A stretch of 64,000 bases of DNA, from NCBI RefSeq assembly GCF_011745625.1, contig NW_027191486.1:124001-188000 (forward strand). Reading direction: 5' to 3'. The notes beneath the pieces were generated by a model. It was not told where the DNA came from. It searched no databases and saw only the letters and a program-made list of their open reading frames with translations. Positions 55,680-64,000 of the stretch are shown here, one piece after another (the stretch's first letter is position 1; each line of letters starts with the position of its first letter). Both the position numbers and the translations under genes were made by a program. The DNA is from Cladosporium halotolerans. Lineage: Eukaryota.

Positions 55680-57745
55680 ATGCCGGCCCAAGTGGGGACT
55701 GTCGGACTACAGTCGTCCTCATCCATAACACGAAGCCTTCTGTCCGTTGCGACCAGTCTTTGTGAACGCGGTTCTCATCTGCCAGGCTTGCACATCGTTG
55801 GCCCTAAGCGTGCCTTGAAAAACGGCATTGCCGTGATTTCGCAAGCTAGCAGCAACCTCAACACTATCACCACGATCCTCTGCGGCTTCGGCTCCCTCGG
55901 CATAGGATTCTACCTCTATGTCTGGAAGAGTGTTCATGTTCGCGAGGCCGTCAAATGGCTCGGATCGAAGTTCACCGCGAGCGTCTCCATTGCGTCAACA
56001 CACCCACTCAACAAAGACATTCTGGTTTATCTCGAACAGACAGGCCTCAATCGTAGCGCAACGTCGCTAGCATTGGTGAACCCGAACGCACCACAATCGA
56101 TCCACGAACTTTTGCCTACGTTTCACCACACCGCCTACTCGCTGCACACAAAGCGCGAGAAGAGCAAGCCGGAATCAGACTCTGAAGACCCAGAAGTGCT
56201 GGAATATGTGCCAACTTGCGGCTCGTACGTTTTCTGGCACAACGGCAACCGCATGTCTGTGAACCGGCGCGAAGAGGTCAATGGCTACTACCGCGATGAC
56301 GGTAAATTCGTCCGCACGCAGAATGGCCCGACGGATCTTTCGCGTGGGCAGACGCTCACAATCACCTGCTGGTCGCTGGGTACTGGTGTCAAGCCTATCA
56401 AAGACTTTCTGGAACACGTGCGGCAGGCGAGCAAGCCGTCGAAAGTCAACACCACGACCATTTTCCGTGCTTCGTGCATCAGGGATTCCCAGAAATTCAA
56501 TTGGGATAGTGGTGTCACTCGGCCGGCTAGGAAGGTGGACAGTATCGCTCTCGAGGGGTGGAAAAAGAAATCGCTCTTGAAGGAGTGCACGAGATACTTT
56601 TCGAAAGAGGACGAAGAGTTCCACGCTTCCAGAGGTTCGACCCGAGAATCCGTATCCAATTCAATTCGTGTGACAGCAGAATACTAACATATCCATTTCA
56701 ACTAGGCATACCCTACCGCCGCGGGCTGCTCTTCTACGGCCCTCCCGGAACAGGGAAGACGTCGTTTACAGTCGCTCTCGCAGGCCATTTCAAAGTAAAC
56801 GTCTACATGATCAGCATGAGCGATGATGCGCTCAATGATCGCGGTCTAGGGAAGCTCTTCGACTCCCTGCCGCGCCGCTGCATTGTGCTGCTCGAAGACA
56901 TCGACTCAAGCGGCATCGACCGCGAGCCTCAAACGATTCGGATTCCATCGAGGCCCATACCCCACAAGGATCCGAACGCTCCTGTCGTGAACAGCTCAGT
57001 AAAAACCGTCGTCGTCGGCTGCACTCTCAGCGGCCTGCTGAACGTCCTCGACGGGCCAGCGTCCGTCGACGGCCGCCTCGTCGTCATGACCTCCAACTCA
57101 CCCGATGCGCTCGACGCCGCGCTCCTCCGCCCCGGCCGCATCGACAGCAAGATCCTGTTCGGCTACACGAACCACGAGATCTCAAGCCAGCTCTTCAAGC
57201 ACATCTTCGTCAAGAGCGCCGACGAAATTCGCGCGCACAGCGAAGGCCTGGACGCGAACGACGACCACGAGTCCGCCCCCTGGCCCTCCGCCGACACCAT
57301 CGACCTCATGGCCGACAACTTCGCATCCAGCGTCCCAGAGACCAGGATAAGCCCCGCGGAAGTCCAGGGCTACCTCATGCGCCACCGCGATGACCCGCAC
57401 GCGGCTCTGCAGAACGCGCTCGCCTGGGCGCAGGAGATCGTCGACGTCAAAGAAAAGGGCAAGAACGTCGCATCGTTCGACAACGAGATCAAGCGCGGCG
57501 GCGCGGTCTTCGGTCGTGCGTCCCCTGCGCCGCCGCCGCCGCCGCCGCCGCCGTACGGGAATACCGCCTCGTATTCCGCGGGAGTGTTCGGGATGGCGGT
57601 CCCTCCAAACTTCGGCGCGCTGAACAGAAGCATTCAGGCGAACGATGCTGACTCTGACGCGGGCGGAGTCAATGGTGAGACGCGTCGTGGTGGGCCGGTA
57701 GAGATGAACGGCGGCGCGGAAGAAGAAATAAATAGGAAGCCGTAG
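55680..57745 (+). CDS. BCS1-like AAA ATPase; intron 56635-56705
   Basis: N-terminal TM segment, spliced [61 protein letters not shown]. Confidence 0.9.
57530..57553 (+). repeat. (CCG)8 trinucleotide repeat encoding poly-Pro
   Basis: ccgccgccg... run in the C-terminal tail of the BCS1-like gene. Confidence 0.9.
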
Positions 57746-57833
57746 GACAGTCAATAAGAACGCGGAAGAAGTATGATCTGAAGTCGAGACTCTCAGTGGC
57801 CCATGATGGGATGCTCGGGACGACATGCGGTAC

Positions 57834-57861
57834 CGCACCATCAAGTCGCACCATCAAGTCG
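57834..57861 (+). repeat. 13-bp tandem duplication (CGCACCATCAAGT)x2
   Basis: cgcaccatcaagt-cgcaccatcaagt-cg between the convergent BCS1-like and NOP7 ends. Confidence 0.85.
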
Positions 57862-58083
57862 AAAATATACTGTGAGATTGGAAAATTGCAAAGGCCAACT
57901 GACAAGCGTTTCAGGCGGCCGGCTCAGACAAGGCCAACCGTTCCATACCTTTACACGATTATAAGATAGAAAAGAGACACTCGAAATGGGAAACTCCGCG
58001 AACCCCATGCTCCGCCCATGCAATCAATCCAGACATGTCGACAAAAATCCCACTGCACGTCAAGGCCCGCATCATCCTCTCGT

Positions 58084-60196
58084 CTACGCAGCCTTCTTGC
58101 CCTTCTTCTCGATCTTCCTTCTCTTGTCACGCAGCCTCTCGGCCTCCTCGTCCTTGCGCGCGTTCGAGTACACCATCTTCTCGTACATCTTGCGCTTGCG
58201 GCGCGGCGCCATCATCTTGCGGCGCTCCAGGTCTTCCTCGGCCTCGCGCTCCGCGCGGCTGCGCTTGTCCTTCGCGGCCGCGACCTTCTCCTTCGCCGTC
58301 GGGGCCTTGGCGGGCGCGACCTTCTGGCCGCGGGCCTCGGCCTCGAGCTCGGCCTGGTGCGCGTCGGCGGCGGACTTGGAGTCCGCGGCGGCGTCTTCGT
58401 CCTCGTCGCCGGAGAAACCGCCGAACTCGTCGTCGTCCTCTTCGGCCTCGTCGGACTCGTCGGCCTCGTCGGACTCGTCGTCGGAGCCGGCGAGGTTGAC
58501 GTCCATGCCCTCGCCTTGCTCGATGGCGGCCATGTCGTCCTCGAGCTCGGCGGTCTCCTCGTCGCCGCGCACGCCAGCGACCTCCTCGCCTTCGCTGCCG
58601 GAGTCGTCCTCGTCCTCGGCAGCAGCGGCCTCGGCTTCGCCTTCCAGCTCCTGCTCCTCGAGAGACTTGGTCGGGTCGTACTCGCCCTTCTTGGGCTTGA
58701 CCCAAGGGCTAAGGTGAGGAGGGAGGGTGGCGCCAGGCGCGTAGAGATCGGGACGCTGCAGTTGGCCGGCGTTGATGGAGTCCCAGACCCACTGGGGCTG
58801 GACGTAGGTGCGGCCAGGAACGCGCTCGTTGGCCTTGCGGGCAGCAGCTGCGTCCTCGTCGTCGTCTTCGGGTGCCGGGACGGGGATGTCGGGGCGGTCG
58901 ACGATTTGGTGGGTGATGCGCGGGTCGGACTCGTCGCAGTATGCGCCCTCGCCGAGAGTGATGTTCCAGCCGACACGGCGGCAGCCGAAAGCCTTGAGGA
59001 GAAATTCGAGGGAGTGGCGGGGAGTCTCGCGGGAGAGGAAGAAGGTGAATGGCTCGAAGAGTTTGCCGGCAACTTGCGAGTCGGCAGTGAGGGAAGGCTG
59101 CTGGAGGGCGTTGGCGTTGGGGTCTATTGAGGCGAATTGGTCGAGGGCTGCGAGAGGCGTCTCAGTGGTCTCGCCGTCGGCGGTCGTCTCGACGACAGAA
59201 GTCTCGGGCGCGGTTGCGTATGAGGATTGAGGCTCGCCGTTGTTCTCTGCTTCCAAAAGTCTGTCCGCCTCCGCCTGCGCCTTCTCGTTTGCACCTGTGT
59301 CCATAAGGCTACCAGCCTCTGCCTGTGCCTCAAGCTGCTGTCCCTCCAGCTGGAAAGCGTTCAATTCTCCACCCTGCTCCTCGCTCTTAAGGTCAAATCT
59401 AGGAGGGTACACCAGGCCGATGCTGGAATATAATCTGTAGTTGACGAAGCTGAGGAGTGTGGCGTAGAACTCGACGAAGGTGGCCATGATTCTGAAATCG
59501 ACGTCCGGGCCAGCAGTCTGCACGAACTTGTAGGGAACCAGCCAAAGAATGTCCTGACCCTGGATGGTGGCCTGGTAGTAGATACCCTTGATACTCAAGA
59601 AACTCTTCCTCATGGCGTGTGTCCTGATCAAGAAATGCTCAAACTCCATGGTCAGGCGCTGACATCTGGCGATCATCTTCGGCGGCACATTCTGGTTACC
59701 AGGCAGGTTGGCGAAAAGGAAAAGCATGCTGAGCGCATCGTCCAGATCTCTGAGCGCATCCACGAAGGTTGGGTAGCGCTCCTTGATGATGTGGTCCAGC
59801 TTGAGCTTGGGTGTCAGGTTCTTCTCGAATCGCGCGGCATCGCCAACATCGTTGCGGCCGAGGGCCTTGCTAATCTTCTTCGCGAGAGCCTTCTGATCGC
59901 GGAACTTTGCCAGCAGCGGCTCGTGCAGCAGGTATTGGATGTCCTTTGTGTAGTAGAAGGTGGTGGAGGCAGTGGAAGACTTGTTCACGCGCTTCTTGTT
60001 GCGCGGCTCGCGCGGGTAGATTCCTTTGAAAATACATAGTCGGCGGAAATCTGGGAGGGAGAGCTGCAGTTTGCGGACCGCCTGCGAGCGGGTCATGTAG
60101 TTTTTGGCATTGCCGGCGGTGCCTGTGATATGTGTTAGCAGGGAAGTGGTCGCCGAGGTGTCGTGAACACGTACCCTTCTTCTTGATCCTCGCCAT
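58084..60196 (-). CDS. NOP7: Pescadillo homolog (PeBoW complex); intron 60123-60174
   Basis: [60 protein letters not shown] ([18 protein letters not shown]), LPPHLSP. Confidence 0.97.
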
Positions 60197-60341
60197 GGCT
60201 GCGGTGGTGTGGCAGAGGGTGTTGGTGAGGTGTCGTGGTGGTGTGGTGGTGGCACCCGGCCTCGCGCGCGAAAAAGTCCAGAGTCCAAAAAAAATCCGGG
60301 GAAGCAGCGAGCGATCGGCCCTGGCGCTGCGAGATGGAAGC

Positions 60342-60372
60342 TCGGCGGTCGGCGGTCGGCGGTCGGCGGTCG
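60342..60372. repeat. (TCGGCGG)4 heptamer tandem repeat in the NOP7/PIG-U divergent promoter
   Basis: tcggcggtcggcggtcggcggtcggcggtcgg. Confidence 0.85.
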
Positions 60373-60536
60373 GGGCTTGCGCGACGTCAGGCCGACTGTG
60401 AACTGGACAGCGCGGGCACTTCGTCTGGCCGTTGTGTACAATCCCGCGACCTGGATGGGCACCTCACTGCACGCACGACGCATTGCACGCACCGGTGATC
60501 TCTCGACGGAACGATGATATCGGCGACTCCCTTGCC

Positions 60537-62084
60537 ATGAACGCCCTCGCCCAGCTCTACAATGAGCACCCGAAACCAATCCTCTTCACTTCGGCGGTCG
60601 CACTCCGTCTCCTGTTAGCGATTGCCTTTCCAGCATTGCCGGACTTGCTCACGTTGCGTGCCGAGATATCAACACCCGTGAACAGCTTCAAAAGGTGTAT
60701 GTAGAAGGGATCGAGGACAAGCAGCCACAATGGCTAAGCAGAAGTACAGGAGCTGAGATCGATGTGCAGTGCAGGAAGGTCTCTTCCTTTACGAGCGGGG
60801 CTTAGATCCCTATGATGGCGGCATATTCTACCAGGTCAGGACAGGCAATCCGTATAAATGTATAAGACACTTTCGACTGATATCTATCGCAAGGCGCCAT
60901 TGCTGCTACCGTTGTTCTCACTTTTGCCTTCGCCTGCAACCTTCTTTGGTCGCATAGTCAGCGTTGCACTATACACCGTGCTGGACGTCCTATCTGCGGA
61001 TTGCCTTTATGAGATTGCGGCCTCTGGAGTTGCGGGAGTCTCGAGCGTGTACGCCTCACCACGTAGGAAGGATGGCTGGAAACCGGTCTCTGTGGCGGCT
61101 GTGTATCTGTTCAACCCCTTCACATTGTTGACCTGCCTCGCTCGCCCGACAACCGTCTTCACGACATGCTTCATTCTGCTGAGCATTAGACAAGCAACTC
61201 AGGCCAAAGCAAACGCAACCGCCTTTGCTCTGGCAATTGCAAGCTACTCCAGCCTGCATCCGCTGCTGCTCCTCCCACCCATCGGTCTCCTCTGCTACGA
61301 CCAATCCTGCAAAGCACCGCAACAGCCTTCCAAAGATGGCGGAAGATCTGGAAAGCAAGCCACCACCTCAACAACCAAACCAACCCCTCTCTCCTTCACC
61401 ACAATCTTCCTCACTCCCTTCCTCCTCACCCTCCTCCTCCTCCTAACCCTCTCCCGCCTCCTCCTCCCCTCCTCTACTTTCCTCTCAACCCTCTACCTAA
61501 CCCCCCTCTCCCTCCCCGACCTCACGCCCAACCCAGGCCTGTGGTGGTACTTCTTCACAGAGATGTTCGACGCCTTCCGCGCATTCTTCCTCGGCGTCTT
61601 CTGGCTGCACATGCTCGCGTACAGCGCGCCGTTCACCATCCGCCTGCGCAAGCAGCCCCTCGCCGCCATCGTCGCCATGCAGGGCGTGCTGGCCATCTTC
61701 CAGCCGTACGCGAACGTCGGCGACGTCGGCGCCTGGCTCGCGGCGACCTGTCTCATGAGCCATTTGTTCCCCAGTAAATCCCCCCTCCCTCCCCTTGCCC
61801 ATCGCACACGCACGAATGCTAACCGCAGACCGACAGTCACCTCCACGCACCGCTACCCGTTCCCGGCCCTCGCGGCGCTGCTGTACGCGTCGCTGCTCGG
61901 CCCGGCCTTCCACCACTTGTGGCTGTACGCCGGCAGCGGCAACGCGAATTTCTTCTACGCCATCTCGCTCGTGTGGGCGCTGGCGCTGCTGATTCTGGAG
62001 ACGGATTTCGTGTACGCTTGCTTGAGGGATGAGTGGGAGGTGGAGCGGCCTGGTGTGAAGGGGAGGGTGGCGAGGCAGGTTTGA
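60537..62084 (+). CDS. GAB1: GPI transamidase subunit PIG-U; introns 60697-60769, 60835-60893, 61774-61836
   Basis: [76 protein letters not shown]. Confidence 0.95.
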
Positions 62085-62587
62085 TGTTTCGGGGGACTGG
62101 AATTTGGAGAGGGTGGGTGGGTGGGAGTGGTTGATGGCGATACTTGCATGATGGGGGCGAGGCGGGACGGTGCTGGATGATAGGAGATATCTGGGGTGGC
62201 GTGAGAGAAGCTGGGGTGCATTTGCAGCGATGTTGTTCACAGCGAGCAATTTGGTAGAGCGCAAAGGAAATTACCAAGTATCCATGTGATTTAACACGCG
62301 GTTTCGTTATGTACAGACCTGCTCGCTCTCCGCATGATCCGAACCGAGCCAGACCGACACAATCATTCGTGAAGTCATCCATTCAACCCGTCCGTCAACT
62401 CCACGCTCATCATCGTTCGCAGTACCTCGAACAGCCTCCAACACCACTAGACGACAACGACGCAGATACAGCCTCTTTCCAATCCAATCGTTTCCACAAT
62501 CCTGAGATCGATATCAAAAACGATACAAACCAAGCGCCGAATCAAAAGCAAAGTGACCACCACTCCAGCCTCACGACAGGGCCAGGA

Positions 62588-63675
62588 TCAGGTGAAAACG
62601 CTCTTCTCCGCCTGCAGCGCCAGGAACGTCTCCTCGTCGTGGCCCGGGACGACACGCCCGCGCGTCAGTCGCTGCAGGTGCTTCAGGCGCTGCGTGCTCC
62701 GGAACCTGCCAAGTGATATCAGAACAATCAATCTAGAACAAACTCGTGAGAAGGAGAGCTTACCAAGCAGGGTGGTCGCGCGCGAGCCAGCCTTGCGGGA
62801 TGCCGTCGCGCCACTGCGTACAACCGTCAGAGCCTATCGTTCTTGCCAGCGTTTGGTTTCTTATGATACTCACATTCTCGATCACGTGGCAGTGGTCGCT
62901 GATGAAGAAGATAGTGCCGCTCTCCGGCAGGTTGATCTGCATGCCGATGAGGCCGTCGGTGTGGCCGGGGAGGTGGTGCAGCGTGATGCCCTGGCAGAAG
63001 TCGAAGCTGCGCTCGTCGAAGGTCTTCCAGTTCCTGTCCGTTCGATCCTCCGTCAGCCCATGCCATGCCATGCCATCTCCACCGCCCAAAGCAAGGAAAC
63101 GGCGGCACCTACAGATCCAGCTTCAGATAATGCTTCAGATAAACCCCGACATCCGCCCCCGTCGCCACGCTCCAAAACGCGCTCCGCAGCTCCAAATCAT
63201 GCACCCAGATCTCCACGTCCTTCCTATCCAAAAACAAATCCAACCCCCCCGCGTGATCAAGGTGCAAATGGCCGATGATGATCTTCTTGACGTCCTCGAC
63301 GCGGTGGCCCGTGGCCTCGATCTGGGCGTCCAGCTCGTGCTTCGCCTCGTAGCGGACGCGCGTGAAGACGTCCGACAGCTGCGGGCCCCAGACGGCCGGG
63401 TAGTCCTTGCCGGAGCCCGTCTCCCACAGGATGAGGCCCTCGTGCGGGTGCTCGACGAGCACGCAGTACATGGGCATCTGGCGGCGCTTGTTGGCGAAGG
63501 AGCGCGAGGCGTTGGAGGCGAGCGAGGTGTTGCCGCCGCGCACGACGAAGCCCTCGTCGCATTCAAGCCAGCCGACTTCGAGGAGCCACATTTTGGTGCC
63601 GGGCGGGCAGACGTTGGAGACGTTGGCGGGCACGGCGCCGGTGGCGAGCTGGTGGGCTATGGCGGGGGAGGCCAT
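62588..63675 (-). CDS. Metallo-beta-lactamase-fold N-acyl-homoserine-lactonase-like (AttM/AiiA) hydrolase; introns 63034-63112, 62814-62873, 62706-62763
   Basis: VLVEHP.EGLILWETG, GHLHLDHAGG (HxHxDH), PGHTDG, SDHCH, VPGHD. Confidence 0.88.
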
Positions 63676-64000
63676 GGTTGGGGTGGGTTTGAGAGATGTA
63701 TGGTTTGTAGAGGTTTATTGTAGATGATATCTTTGGTTCTATCGAGGAGGTGTAGTTATTTAGTATTGTACTGCGCTCCGCAAGTTGATTGTGGAGGTCG
63801 TGGAGAAGGGCATCTTCGTGAAGGCCCGCACGCCAGAGGCGATCCTGATGAAAGCGTGCTGGATCGTCTTCCCAGTGCCGAACAAGCGGTTGCCATTGAG
63901 CGGGCAGGCAGGCCGTATGCGGTAGTTCCTTTCGTGCTCGGCTTCGGTGACCTCACAGCGGCGTTGCCAGAGGTGAGGGGAAAGCTGGAGCCGGAGCGCT

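Noticed and set aside
12541..62873. Stop-free introns of length 3n (IML1 51 nt, 45529-45591, TFIIIA 54 nt, PIG-U 63 nt, lactonase 60 nt)
   Set aside because: About five among roughly thirty short introns is near what chance would give. They explain the read-through in the ORF track but do not by themselves show regulated retention.
5270..63675. Cryptic peroxisomal targeting by TGA-CTA readthrough in the metabolic enzymes
   Set aside because: The stop contexts checked (PAN6, GST, FAD1, DUF1932, OXNAD1-like, esterase D, lactonase) do not show the TGA CTA motif.

Overview
Gene-dense, intron-containing eukaryotic DNA from a filamentous ascomycete. The introns have GT..AG ends and CTAAC/CTGAC branch points; a Dothideomycete is my guess from the protein sequences and is not proven. 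The window holds about 27 mostly housekeeping protein genes and one intron-containing tRNA-Asp(GTC). The genes are a GCP4-like 3' end, ASA1, DBP7, PAN6, a sugar porter, omega-GST, IML1, SSP120, TYW2, ESF2, FAD1, a MATE transporter, a secreted subtilase, peroxisomal Lon, a patatin lipase, QRI7, a DUF1932 dehydrogenase, an OXNAD1-like reductase, POB3, a Cys-rich surface protein, esterase D, RPB6, TFIIIA, LOS1, a BCS1-like AAA ATPase, NOP7, PIG-U and a metallo-beta-lactamase/AHL-lactonase-like enzyme. I saw no intact transposon, CRISPR array or rRNA. The most notable oddities are: (1) a 90-bp, 89/90-identical inverted copy of the GST 3' coding end, with a decayed 99-bp (33-codon) tandem repeat between the arms; (2) a Trp-rich two-TM small ORF starting 10 nt after the SSP120 stop, suggesting a bicistronic mRNA; (3) a POB3 start codon split by an intron, whose retention would give AUG-UAA followed by an in-frame N-terminally extended isoform; (4) recurrent C-rich to G-rich skew-switch islands; (5) the RPB6/TFIIIA divergent pair known from yeast; (6) overlapping convergent QRI7/DUF1932 coding ends. 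All gene calls rest on motif recognition by eye, not on database searches.
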